Origin: Macrostomum hystrix
Taxonomy: Eukaryota > Animalia > Platyhelminthes
Direction: 5' to 3'
NCBI GenBank assembly: GCA_950097015.1
Contig: CATNEN010000005.1
Coordinates: 2,232,001 to 2,296,000, forward strand
DNA length: 64,000 nucleotides
The notes below the pieces were generated by a model. That model saw nothing but the letters and a program-made list of their open reading frames with translations, had not been told where the DNA came from and did no database searches. Shown one piece after another: positions 48,950-62,100 of the stretch. The translations under genes and the position numbers were made by a program. Numbering within the stretch: the first letter of the stretch is position 1; the number at the start of each line of letters is the position of its first letter.

Positions 48950-49185
48950 GAGAGGTGAAGGAGTGAAGTGGGTAAAGTGAGTTGGGTGGCGGGGTGAGGT
49001 GGGTGGCGGATAGAGTTAGGTGGCAGAATGAGGTTGGTGGCGGATAGACTTGGGCGGCGGAGTGAGGTGGGTGCCGGATAGAGTACGGCGGCGGAGTGAG
49101 GTGGGTGGTGGATAGAGTTGGGTGGCGGAATGAGGTTGGTGGCGGAGTGAGGTTGGTGGCGGAGTGAGGTGGGGGCTGAGTGAGG
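48950..49185. repeat. Short G-rich minisatellite
   Basis: Variants of GGTGGCGGAGTGAGGT / GGTGGCGGATAGAGTT. Confidence 0.8.
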
Positions 49186-51199
49186 AAGGTACCTGTTATA
49201 AAAGTTAAATTTAACCACTGATATCCTACGCACGACAAAGTTTCGTGTTTATCTTCTCCACATCACTAAATGTCATAATCGATTAGAAATTTGATAAAAA
49301 ACTTGTTGTATTGCACAGCGTTAGTTATGGATCGCTGTGCATATGGATCGCAAACCTTCGGAGAACAATCTGACCACCCCGCTACTATTAGTAGGCTAAT
49401 TAGTAAAAAACGAATTTTCGCATTGCAAAAAGAAATTCGCCAAAATAGATTCCTTTGTTTAAAAGCAAAAAATGTAAAGAAATTTCAGTACGATTCTACC
49501 ACTGCTTTAGTAGAATGCTGGTACAACAATTCTAAATCTAACTACGTTTGTAGATCGTAGAAGAAGCAGAATTGAAATTTATAATTTCGACATTTCTTCT
49601 GCTTCTAAGTAAAAACAATACGCCAACAACGAGCTTGCATGTTACTTATATTATTATTATATTAGCACGCAGTTATAGTCTGCCTGAAATTCAGTTTTTA
49701 TTATAATTCGTTGTTTGAAAAATATGTATTTACTTTAAACTAAAAAGTTGTTCCAACATTCTGAGACAGAAAAATCTAGCCAGTGTAAGGTCTAATCTAC
49801 TTGAAGCTAAAAATGTTCTAAAAAGCGAGTTCATAAATAAAAAGTGCTTGACAAACTACACAGATCGCAAACTAAAATAAAAAAGCACGAATTCATGAAT
49901 TCATTCGTTAGAAACGGCTGATTTGCTTAAGAATATGAAAGCATCAGTTTAAGACACAGAAACATATTTTTTTCGTGTAGAATTTCGATAAGGAAATGAA
50001 ATTTGTCTCTACAGCCGATATGTGGCGAAAACTGAATAGTAAAAGTGACGAAAAACATTTTACGAGGCAGAAAGGACACAAAACTAACTAGAAGCCGCAA
50101 ATTGAGTCAGAATGATATTTGTTTAAGCAAAAAAAATTGCATCGGAAGAAAAGAATGACGTCACAAATTTTCTTTCAGACAATAAAGTTGTACAGGACTA
50201 GAAAAATAGCAAGGCATTTTGATTTTGATCGTTTAACAAATGTTATCGTTTAGAAAAAAAGAAAAGTAACGCGTTAATTTGTGCAAAATTGTGCTTTTTA
50301 TTAATTAATTAATTAATTCTGTCAAACAAAAGAAATAAAAGATTGCCTCTGAATTGTGCTTTCTATCTAATATCGTAAAAATTGGGCAAACTTTTGAAAG
50401 ATGCGAGTTCCGCCATCACTATTAAACAGTTTTATTGATGTTTATTCAGCCGCAAATTGTCACAAAGCTGCTCTTGCCAATCCAGTGCGCGCCGCTGCCA
50501 CCTCCTTCTAAGTCGCTTGGCTGACTCTCCGTAACCTGAAAGTTTAATAGGTTTTTCAATACATATCGGCACTCTTTATTATCGATATACTTCAAAATTT
50601 AATCATAAATATTTACTAATTTCTCGAAAAACATTTACTGCTTGCTAAAATCAAGTAATCAGGAACTAGGTGGCTTAATTGAGGACTCAATGGGCCTTCT
50701 TGTCGGCACAGATTCGAGCCCCAGACCTCTAAGTTACCTCGTAGAAGTCCAAAGCTCTTAAGCTACCATGCTCCATCCTGCCTTGTCGTTGCAAACTGTG
50801 ATTTTTGGCGCGAATTTGAAACGAGAGCCCGTAATATTTATTAAAAACCTTATCTTCGGCACACACAGACACGCACAGACTGTACCAGTTCACACGCGAA
50901 ATGCAAAGTCAAATACAGAAGAGCAGCAACATATTTTAGCTCTGTGCCAGAATGGAAGATTCTCAGCTGTTGTGTGAGAAAAGTGCGCTGCATCGCATCT
51001 GGGCGCACAGTAATGCCCCTGCCATTCTTACCGTTAATCCATCTGTTCTAATCCCACGGCTAAGTTTGCTTGCCAATCGTCAACAAGACGAGAGATGGCA
51101 ACAGTTTTCGCTTAGGTTTTCGTCCTTTCTATTCCTAGTACGCGTATAGATATTTAGCGAGTGAGTTAGCACTACCTTATGGTAAGGGCAAGAGATAAG

Positions 51200-52950
51200 A
51201 GGGTAGGGTAGGGTAAGGTAACATGATAAGGAAGGAGGATAGTGGAGAAAGGATAGGGTAGAAAGGATAGGGTAGAAAGGATAGGGGAGAAAGGATAGGG
51301 GAGAAAGGATAGGGGGAAAAGGATAGGGGAGAAAGGATAGGGGTAGTGGATAGGGAAGAGAGGATGAGGAAAGAGGATAGCGTGAGAGGGTAGGGGAGAG
51401 AGGATAGGGAGAGAGGATAGAGAGAGGGGATAGGGGAGAGAGAATGAGGAAAGAGGATAGGGAGAGAGGATAGGGAGAGAAGATAGGGGAGGAAAGAGGA
51501 TAGGGAGAGAGGATAGGGAAGAGAGGATGAGGAAAGAGGATAGCGTGAGAGGATAGGGAGAGAGGATAGGGGAGAGAGGATAGGGGAGAGAGGATAAGGT
51601 AAGAGGATAGGGTGAGAGGATAGGGAAGAGATGATGAGGAAAGAGGATAGGGGAGAGAGGATAGGGTGAGAGGATAGGGAAGAGAGGATAGGGGAGAGAG
51701 GAGAGGGAGAGAGGATAGGGGGAGAGGATAGGGGAGAGAGGATAGGGGAGAGAGGATAGGGAGAGAGGATAGGGGAGAGAGGATAGGGTGAGAGGATAGG
51801 GAGAGAGGATAAGGGAGAGAGGATAGGGGAGAGAGGATAAGGTAAGAGAGGATAGGGGAGAGAGGATAGGGTGAGAGGATAGGGAGAGAGGATAAGGGAG
51901 AGAGGATAGGGGAGAGAGGATAAGGTAAGAGAGGATAGGGGAGAGAGGATAGGGAAGAGAGGATAGGGAGAGAGGATAGGGAGAGAGGATAGGGTGAGAG
52001 GATAGGGGAGAGAGGATAGGGTGAGAGGATAGGGAGAGAGGATAAGGGAGAGAGGATAGGGGAGAGAAGATAAGGTAAGAGAGGATAGGGGAGAGAGGAT
52101 AGGGAAGAGAGGATAGGGAGAGAGGATAGGGAGAGAGGATAGGGTGAGAGGATAGGGGAGAGAGGATAAGGGAGAGAGGATAGGGGAGAGAGGATAAGGT
52201 AAGAGAGGATAGGGTAGAGAGGATAGGGAAGAGAGGATAGGGAGAGAGGATAGGGAGAGAGGATAGGGTGAGAGGATAGGGGAGAGAGGATAGGGTGAGA
52301 GGATAGGGAGAGAGGATAAGGGAGAGAGGATAGGGGAGAGAAGATAAGGTAAGAGAGGATAGGGGAGAGAGGATAGGGAAGAGAGGATAGGGAGAGAGGA
52401 TAGGGAGAGAGGATAGGGTGAGAGGATAGGGGAAAGAGGATAGGGTGAGAGGATAGGGAGAGAGGATAAGGGAGAGAGGATAGGGGAGAGAGGATAAGGT
52501 AAGAGAGGATAGGGGAGAGAGGATAAGGAGAGAGGATAGGGTGAGAGGATAGGGGAGAGAGGATAGGGGAGAGAGGATAGGGTGAGAGGATAGGGGAGAG
52601 AGGATAGGGAGAGAGGATAGGGGAGAGAGGATAGGGAGAGAGGATACGGGAGAGAGGATAGGGGAGAGAGGATAGGGAGAGAGGATAGGGTGAGAGGATA
52701 GGGTGAGAGGATAGGGAGAGAGGATAGGGAGAGAGGATAGGGGAGAGAGGATAGGGTGAGAGGATAGGGGAGAGAGGATAGGGGAGAGAGGATAAGGTAA
52801 GAGGATAGGTTTAGAGGATAGGGAAGAGATGATAGGGGAGAGAGGATAGGGAGAGAGAATAGGTTGAGAGGATAGGGAAGAGATGATAGGGAAGAGAGTA
52901 TAGGGAGAGAGTATAGGGTGAGAGGATAGGGAGAGAGGATAGGGGAGAGT
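51200..52950. repeat. Purine-rich minisatellite (~1.75 kb)
   Basis: Variants of GAGAGGATAGGG(G/T); source of the spurious 613-aa L/S/P/Y ORF. Confidence 0.95.
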
Positions 52951-53299
52951 TGAAAAAGACAGGACTGCTTGTTTCCTTCAGCCGGCAAGAAGCTAAATAC
53001 CTTCATTTTTAGCAACACATTTTAATTCCGCCATTCTGGAAAAGTATTTTTTTCTAATTTTGTGTCAGAAACTAGCGTGAGAACAAAAAAGTACAAGATC
53101 AAGGTGTGTTTTCGCCTAATTCTAAAAATAGGTTCCTCAGCGTAGGCTAATTTGAAGGGGAAAAACAATTGACATGCTGTAGGGATGGAGAGTCGTGGGA
53201 AGGGGTGGATTAAAAGCTGGTGCGGAGACTGTTCGCCAAACCCTCGCCCTACCCGCCTCACGCACTTACAAGTACGTTCACTCGAACTATCAAATATTT

Positions 53300-54165
53300 A
53301 GCCTGCACTCTCACCATACCTAAAACTACTCTCGCCCTTAGTATACTCACGCCATAAACCTACTCTCACCCAAAATCTACTCTCGCCCTAAACCTACTCT
53401 CGCCTAAACCTACTCTCGCCTTAAACCTACTCTCGCCTTAAACCTACTCTCGCCCTTAACCTACTCTCGCCTTAAACCTACTCTCACCCAAAATCTACTC
53501 TCGCCCTAAACCTACTCTCGCCTAAACCTACTCTCGCCATAAACCTACTCTCACCCAAAATCTACTCTCGCCCTAAACCTACTCTCGCCTAAACCTACTC
53601 TCGCCTTAAACCTACTCTCGCCTTAAACCTACTCTCGCCCTTAACCTACTCTCGCCTTAAACCTACTCTCACCCAAAATCTACTCTCGCCCTAAACCTAC
53701 TCTCGCCTTAAACAGTCTCGCCCTAAACCTACTCTCGCCCTAAATCTACTCTCGCCCTAAACCTACTCTCGCCTAAACCTACTCTCGCCCTAAACCTACT
53801 CTCGCCCTAAACCTACTCTCGCCCTAAATCTACTCTCGCCCTAAACCTACTCTCGCCTTAAACCTACTGTCGCCATAAACCTACTCTAGCCCTAAAACTT
53901 CTCTGTCACTGATCATTATCTCGCCCTAGACCTACTCTCGCTCTAAACCAACTCTCGCCCTAAACCTACTCTCGCCCTAAACCTACTCTCGCCTAAACCT
54001 ACTCTAGCCCTAAACCAACTCTCGCCCTAAACCTACTCTCGCCTAAACCTACTCTGGCCCTAAACCTACTCTCGCCCTAAACCTGCTCTCGCCCTAAAAT
54101 AACTCTCGCCCTAAACCTACTCTGGCCCTAAACCAACTCTCGCCCTAAACCTACTCTCGCCATTT
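53300..54165. repeat. 17-bp minisatellite
   Basis: Unit AAACCTACTCTCGCCCT. Confidence 0.95.
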
Positions 54166-55019
54166 CCAATAACCAACTCAATAACCAATGTACACAGTTG
54201 GCCTTCAATAGGATGCAGCTGCTCTCTCAGAATAAGGAAAGATATGCGATAGGCTTGTGTGTAGGCATTCTTCCTAGCTGCTCAAGTCCATATGCTTATT
54301 TGGAGTATATTTTTGGAGTCGGCAGGAAGAAGAGATGAAAGAATGAACGCAGGGGCAGAGGAAGAGCCATCAGGAAGACTCGCGTCGCCATGCTAGGGGA
54401 TAAGGGATGAAATTTTCTGCGGAGACTTCCCCCCTAACCTCCTTTTCGCCCTTCGGATCCCATCCTGCATAGCTGATGGCAAGAATACGCCTACTCAGAT
54501 CTCTATCCTAAAGATGCCCTTGCTTTCTATCTCAATATCGGCCTTGCGCATCGGTTCGCGTGTATTGAGCATATAAAATTCCGTCAACTAAAAATAGATC
54601 AGAGTCCAGCACAACATTCACCGAGAGAATGGGAGTGAGATGAGGCTGAGCTCAGAGATCAGAGAAGTTAGACAGCAACAAGGACAGAATTCTATGTCAG
54701 TGGACAATTAACAATTTCTAGTTCCTCTTTTCGGACAATTTTTTTCTTATTTTTCAAGGTCCCAGACAGAAAAAAACTGGGACAGATTAGTCGATTTCTA
54801 TTTAAGGAAAGAAAAAATAGCTTTACTGACTCCCAAACACGAAACGTGATGGAGAAAAGTTAATCATAAAGAAGATTATCTCTGTACTTTTAATTTAGCG
54901 CTGTTTATCAATAAAATTCAAATTTCGTGTGAAACTGAGTTTAGAAATAAACAGTAAACAAACGAAATAATGTGTGCTTCGGTGAGGTTCGAGTTTGAAC
55001 TCTGGGAGCTCGAAAACAG

Positions 55020-55500
55020 GAGAGGAGAGGGGGGTAGACAGGAGAGGTAGACAGGAGGGGTAGACAGGAGGGGTAGACAGGAGGGGTAGACAGGAGGGAT
55101 AGACAAGAGAGGTAGACAGTAGGGGTACACAAGAGAAGTAGACTGGAGGGGTATAAAGGAGAGGTAGACAGTAGAGGTAGATAAGAAAAGTAGACAAGAT
55201 AAGTAAACAAGACAAGTAGACAAGAGAGGTGGACAGGAGAAGTAGACATGAGAAGTAGATAGGAGAGGTAGATAAGAAAAGTAGACAAGATAAGTAAACA
55301 AGACAAGTAGACAAGAGAGGTGGACAGGAGAAGTAGACATGAGAAGTAGATAGGAGAGGTAGATAAGAAAAGTAGACAAGAGAGGTGGACAGGAGAAGTA
55401 GGCAGGAGAAGTAAACAGGAGAAGTAGACAAGAGAGGTAGACAGGAAGGGTAGACAAGAGAGGTAGACAGGAGAGGCGATGGACAGGAGCTAGGTAGAGC
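55020..55500. repeat. ~13-bp minisatellite just downstream of the CCDC142 stop
   Basis: Variants of GTAGACAGGAGAG / GTAGACAAGAGAG. Confidence 0.9.
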
Positions 55501-55506
55501 TTTGTG

Positions 55507-56161
55507 TTATATAGAAGCTGATAGGAAGGTGAGACGGAGAGTTAGTGCCCGACTTTGGTCAGCACTCACCGCAGTATTAGCGGCCCTAGCTAACTGGGCA
55601 GAATTAGCATTGTCGCAATCGCTCTTTGAATTGGATCTGCTAGATCTGCTAGACTTTCCAGTTGTTGATAATGAAGCGAACGGCAGCAGCGGTGTCTGCA
55701 TGGCGTCGAGAATGTTGGCCGCGGCGCTGCATAGGCCGGCCGTTGGCAAACTGCCGCACGAGGCGGTTCTCAGCACCGGCTGTCGACGCCTGAGCAGTTT
55801 AATGCCAGCCCTGAGCTGCCTGACAGCGTCCAGATCGGCTAGTCGGGCTGCTAAACCGGGCTCGCCCGGCAGAGACGCTGTCAGGAACGCTACGAGGCGT
55901 TCGACATCGGATTCCAGGCAGCGGGCAGCTCGAGGCCCCAGACACGCGGCCGCGGCTCCCAGCTCGGCTTCGCAGCGTCGTCGACGTCGGATCAGCAGCT
56001 CGGAGCTCCATACCGCAGCCAGCGCTGCCACCGGAGGCGCCAAGATTTCTAAGCGAGCATCGGCGTTGCCGACATCGTCAGGAAATGGTCGAATACCCGC
56101 CGAGGCGACCAATGGCGGAGTCAGGCAGCTGTTGAATAGAGCTTCGGTTGCGGACGATGCG

Positions 56162-56192
<31 letters not shown>

Positions 56193-59100
56193 CGCAGTCA
56201 CCGGAGTTGCTTGATGTCGGAGGCGGCGAGCCAATCTCGGCTAGTTGCCAAGCCCGCTCGGCGCTAGGGAAAAAAACTGCCAGTTGTCGCCTAGCGCGGG
56301 AAAGGCACCTGTGAAAACATAAGTTTTAGGATTAGAGCAGTCTCAAATAGATCTAAGGAAAAAGTTAGTCTTGTTCCACCGCAAGTATGGGCGGGGGCCT
56401 ACTGGGAGAGGATACCCGACTTCCAGCTGACACTTATCTGGATAGATGTCATATCTGCTCAATCACATCTCACCGATAAGACTTTGTGCGAGACAGGATT
56501 TTGTACAGATGATTTTAAGTATTAAATATCAAAATCGAACATACAATAACATGTACTATTAATTCTTTACTTCTAGGGTTTAGTACTCAGGTAGGACTGC
56601 AAATTGTATAATACTTATGAGTGGTATCTACTTCTCATTATCTACTTAACTACTTCTCATTGTCCATCTCAAGCTACTTCTCATTCACCATCTCAAGCTA
56701 CTTCTCATTCACCATCTCAATCTACTTCTCATTCACCATCTCAATCTACTTCTCATTCACCATCTCAATATACTTCTCATTCACCATCTCAATCTACTTC
56801 TCATTCACCATCTCAATATACTTCTCATTCACCATCTCAATCTACTTCTCATTCACCATCTCAAGCTACTTCTCATTCACCATCTCAATCTACTTCTCAT
56901 TCACCATCTCAAGCTACTTCTCATTCACCATCTCAATCTACTTCTCATTCACCATCTCAATCTACTTCTCATTCACCATCTCAAGCTACTTCTCATTCAC
57001 CATCTCAAGCTACTTCTCATTCACCATCTCAAGCTACTTCTCATTCACCATCTCAATCTACTTCTCATTCACCATCTCAAGCTACTTCTCATTCACCATC
57101 TCAAGCTACTTCTCATTCACCATCTCAAGCTACTTCTCATTCACCATCTCAAGCTACTTCTCAATCTACACCTCATTCTCAGTCTCAGTTATCAGCCAGT
57201 TCCGTCAAGCCCTTCAGTCTCAGGTGTCTCACCGTTCAGCATATCGCAGCATGAGCTGAGTCCTGGCCTGTACAACAGTGTCAGGCAGTGAGGCGAAGGC
57301 TTCCAACCTTCCCCTGAGTCGGCCGGCGCATTGCTCTGGAAGGCGCCTAGGCGATATGGCGCCAGAGCAGGCCGCTGTTGCCGTCGCCAACGCCGCGGTC
57401 AGGGCCGGCAGGTCGATTAGGACGACGGTGAAGAAACGGCGACCTCTCACGGATCTGCAGCCGCGAATTTCTCCTGATTTCATGGATTGGCGAAGTGGCA
57501 AGTTGGTTGACACCGTTTTTTTCTGAATACCTGTTGGGTTTCCTGAATACCTGTTGGGTTTCCTGAATACCTGTTGGGTTTCCTGAATACCTGCTAGGTT
57601 TCCTGAATACCTGTTAGGTCTCCCGAATACCTGCTAGGTTTCCAGAATACCTGTTCGGTTTCCTGAATACCTGTTAGGTTTCCTGAATACCTGTTAGGTT
57701 TCCTGAATACCTGTTAGGTTTCCTGAATACCTGTTAGGTTTCCAGAATACCTGTTCGGTTTCCTGAATACCTGTTAGGTTTCCAGAATACCTGTTCGGTT
57801 TCCTGAATACCTGTTAGGTTTCCAGAATACCTGTTCGGTTTCCTGAATACCTGTTAGGTTTCCAGAATACCTGTTCGGTTTCCTGAATACCTGTTAGGTT
57901 TCCTGAATACCTGTAAGTATTCTGATATTACCTAGCAGTGTTCCTAGCAATATCCTACTTTAAGCAGCGCCTTACCATCTCCGTCGCAAACGACATCATT
58001 GTCGTCGTCAACACAATCGACTTCGATGTCGTCAACGGCGGTGTCATCATTCGTCGCATTGTCCTCCTCGGCGTCTAGCCTGGCCAGACTTCGACAAGCC
58101 AGTTGAAGCAGGCTGGATACCACAGAGCGACTGGCGATCACGGAGATTGCCAACCAATCCGCTAATGCGGCTAAGGGCGGCTCCAATTGGCTGGCCGTCA
58201 CGCGACACGCTCCGCCGCGTCTGCCGGCCAACCAATCAGAGAGCTCCGAGCAGCACAAGAGTACAGCTCTAAGGCAGGGATCTAGAAGCGGCGAAATCTG
58301 GCAGCTGATGAGTTTAGGCGGAGTGCATGCCAGTGCCAGGTGCCGGTCGAAGGCGCGGAGAAATTCAGCCTTCAGTTCAGAGGCAAGCGAATTAGCTTGG
58401 TACAGATTGATATCTGACACTTATCAGTTCTGACAGGTATCCAGTTCTGACACTAATCCTTTTCTCACACTAATAAAATTCTGACACTAATCCAATTCTG
58501 ACACTAATCCAATTCTGACACTAATCAAATTCTGACACTAATCATATTCTGGCACTAATCCAATTCTGACACTAATCAAATTCTGACACTAATCAAATTC
58601 TGACACTAATCCGATTCTGACACTAATCAAATTCTGACACTAATCCTAATTCTGACACTAATCAAATTCTGACACTAATCCTAATTCTGACTCTAATCTA
58701 ATTCTGACACTAATCAAATTCTGACACTAATCCAATTCTGACACTAATCCTTTTCTCACACTAATAAAATTCTGACACTAATCAAATTCTGACACTAATC
58801 ATATTCTGGCACTAATCCAATTCTGACACTAATCCAATTCTGACACTAATCAAATTCTGACACTAATCATATTCTGGCACTAATCCAATTCTGACACTAA
58901 TCAAATTCTGACACTAATCCAATTCTGACACTAATCCGATTCTGACACTAATCAAATTCTGACACTAATCCTAATTCTGACACTAATCAAATTCTGACAC
59001 TAATCCTAATTCTGACACTAATCTAATTCTGACACTAATCAAATTCTGACACTAATCCAATTCTGACACTAATCCAATTCTGACACTAATCATTTTTGAC

Positions 59101-62100
59101 ACTAATCAAATTCTGACACTAATCAAATTCTGACATTAATCCAATTCTGACACTAATCCAATTCTGACACTAATCAAATTCTGACACTAATCATATTCTG
59201 GCACTAATCCAATTCTGACACTAATCAAATTCTGACACTAATCCAATTCTGACACTAATCCGATTCTGACACTAATCAAATTCTGACACTAATCCTAATT
59301 CTGACACTAATCAAATTCTGACACTAATCCTAATTCTGACACTAATCTAATTCTGACACTAATCAAATTCTGACACTAATCCAATTCTGACACTAATCCA
59401 ATTCTGACACTAATCATTTTTGACACTAATCAAATTCTGACACTAATCAAATTCTGACATTAATCCAATTCTGACACTAATCTAATTTTCTCACAAATCC
59501 AATCCCTGACTAATCCGCAGCTCACCTGACAAGCGTGCAGCTGCAGTCTCAATGCCAGTGCCTGCAGGCAGGGCAGCAGCGCAGCAGGCTTCGCGGGGAA
59601 CAAGCCGCTAGTCTCGCTAGCGGTCACCCTAACAGCTTCGGACACGGCTGACACAGCAGGAGGTGGCAGCAGCCACAGGCAGCCGAGTGAGTCGGATCTG
59701 TCGCAGCAGCCGCCGCTGCCGCTAGTCAACCAATTGAAGCCGATGGTTCTGTACGGATGAAATCTGTCGTCGATGCGTTGCCAGACCAGTTCCAGGTATT
59801 TGCCAACAACGTGATGCCTGACTGGAACATCTGAATAATCTGACCAGTGAACGCCTTTCTTTTTCTTCTTCTTAGCTGACGGTGGCGTAGGATCCGCTGG
59901 CGAAGACAAGCCCGACGCTGCCGTTTGTACAGTCGGCGTCGGAGGCGGCGGCGGCGACTGCGGCTCCGGTGGCTGGGTGTTCAATCCGCTGACTAGATTG
60001 TCAACGGTGTCATCTTTTCTTAATAGAAGGCCTCCAACAACTGTCGAATGGCTGCCGCCGATGCTGCCGCTGCCGCTGATGTCCAGAGAGCCGCCTGAGT
60101 TCCCGCAGCCGCCGGCGCCGAAACTGGCGCCGCCCGAAGAGTCTCCTGAGCCGCCCTGCCTTGGCAACAGCTGGGTGCTCTGGGCCAGGCAGTCCAGCAA
60201 ACCGCTGGCGAAATCCCATTCGGCTCTCAACCAATCAGTGAGGGGGCAAGTCTGCGCTGACAGCAGGGCCACGGCTGCGGCCGATGCGGTGGCCACTCTT
60301 GAAGGATCTTCAACTGAAGGAGATTTATATTTCAATACGCTAATCAAACTCTCAAATTCATTCTCCCGTGCGCTTAAACCCAATGTTCTCAGTTTCAAAT
60401 CCACATCTCAAATGCCACATCCCCCAGCCTCAAATCCCACATTCCCAGCCATGAATCCCACATCCCCAGCCTCAAATCCCACCTCCCCAACCTCGAATCC
60501 CACATCCCCAGCCTCAAATCCCACCTCCCCAACCTCGAATCTCACATCAAAAACTTCAAATCCCACACCCCTAACCTCAAATCCCACGTCCCCAACCACG
60601 AATCGCACATCCCCAGCCTCGAATCCCACCTCCCATCCTCAAGTCCCACATCCCCAACCATGAATCCCTCATCCCCAGCCTCAAATCCCACATTCCCAGC
60701 CACGAATCCCACATCCCCAGCCTCAAATCCCACCTCCCCAACCTCGAATCCCACATCACAAACTTCAAATCCCACACCCCCAACCTCAAATCCCTCATCC
60801 CCAGCCTCGAATCCCACCTCCCATTCTCAAATCCCACATCCCCAACCTCAAATCCCTCATCCCCAGCCTCAAATCCCACATCCCCAACCACGAATACCAC
60901 ATCCCCAGCCTCAAATCCCACATCCCCAGCCTCGAATACCACATCCCCAGCCTCGAATCCCACACCCCAAACCTCAAATCCCACATCCCCAGCCTCAAAT
61001 CCCACATCCCCAGCCTCGAATCCCACACCCCAAACCTCAAATCCCACATCCCCAGCCTCAAATCCCACATCCCAACCTCAAATCCCTCATCCCCAACCTC
61101 AAATCCCTCATCCCCAGCCTCAAATCCCACACTGTCGAGCCCTCACCGGAGGAGCCGCAGTCAGCCACCGCCTCTGCCAGGCCGTCGCAGTCAAAGTAGA
61201 ATCGGTGCACAGCGATCTCCGGTGATTCGGCTCGCTCCTCCGCCAGCCGGTTGATCAGTCGGGCGAATGTCACGGGTCGCAGATCTTCAACAGCAGCTGA
61301 GGGTGCGGCGAACTCTGCCAGATCGGGACAGCGTCGATTAGTGAGTCGGCGCAGCCATTTCACCTGGTCCAGCGTGCTGTTGAACTCTTCGAGGCCGCGA
61401 CACAACTCAAACAGGTCCTCGCGGGTGTGACGGGCCAGGCCCGTGCGAGCAAGGACACTCAGGCTTGCCTGGGGATGATTGAAGTAGTTGAAGAATAGTA
61501 GATTGAAGTAATCAGATCCTGATCCCAGATCCTGATCCCAGATCCTGATCCCAGATCCTGATCCCAGATCCTGATCCCAGATCCTGATCCCAGATCCTGA
61601 TCCCAGATCCTGATCCCAGATCCTGATCCCAGATCCTGATCCCAGATCCTGATCCCAGATCCTGATCCCAGATCCTGATCCCAGATCCTGATCCCAGATC
61701 CTGATCCCAGATCCTGATCCCAGATCCTGATCCCAGATCCTGATCCCAGATCCTGATCCCAGATCCTGATCCCTGAGCCGCTAACCTGCAGAAACGCTCT
61801 AGTTGATGCCAGCGCTCGATACAACAGTCGATCAGCGGCTTCTCGATATGCTGCCAGGGCAGGCCTAGCCGATGGCAGGCACTCCTGCAGAGGCGCGCTG
61901 GCCTGAACGTAGAGTCTGACGTGCTGCGAGTGGCTCAGACTGGCGCGCAAGCGTTCGCAGAGTGCGCGAGCGGAGCCCAGTTTTGAGCTGACAACCGCGT
62001 AGCGACCGTTGGTCGACGGGCGTCTGGCGTCGGCTAGTTGCGCAATTTCGTGATCGCGAAGGCGATCGATCTGATCGGCCAGTAGGGCCAAATCACGCAA

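Noticed and set aside
51177-53018. 613-aa L/S/P/Y ORF, and similar ORFs at 8862, 26256, 30387, 32646, 37767, 40368, 41533, 45224, 54895, 56604 and 60660
   Set aside because: These are translations of minisatellites that lack stops in some frames. Several overlap in multiple frames, many start at non-ATG codons, and none has splice support.
53300-54165. Interstitial telomeric repeat
   Set aside because: CCCTAA(A) is only part of a 17-bp unit; there are no tandem TTAGGG runs.
55502-56314. 270-aa plus-strand ORF, and other antisense ORFs at 59977, 57278, 36266 and 31124
   Set aside because: Antisense shadows of GC-rich coding exons, with no independent motifs.
43945-61135. Common origin of the 30-bp (43.9 kb) and 21-bp (60.4 kb) arrays via a shared ATCCCACA(T)CCCCAG core
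   Set aside because: The shared core is short and low-complexity and the rest of the units differ; it cannot be distinguished from chance without a genome-wide test.
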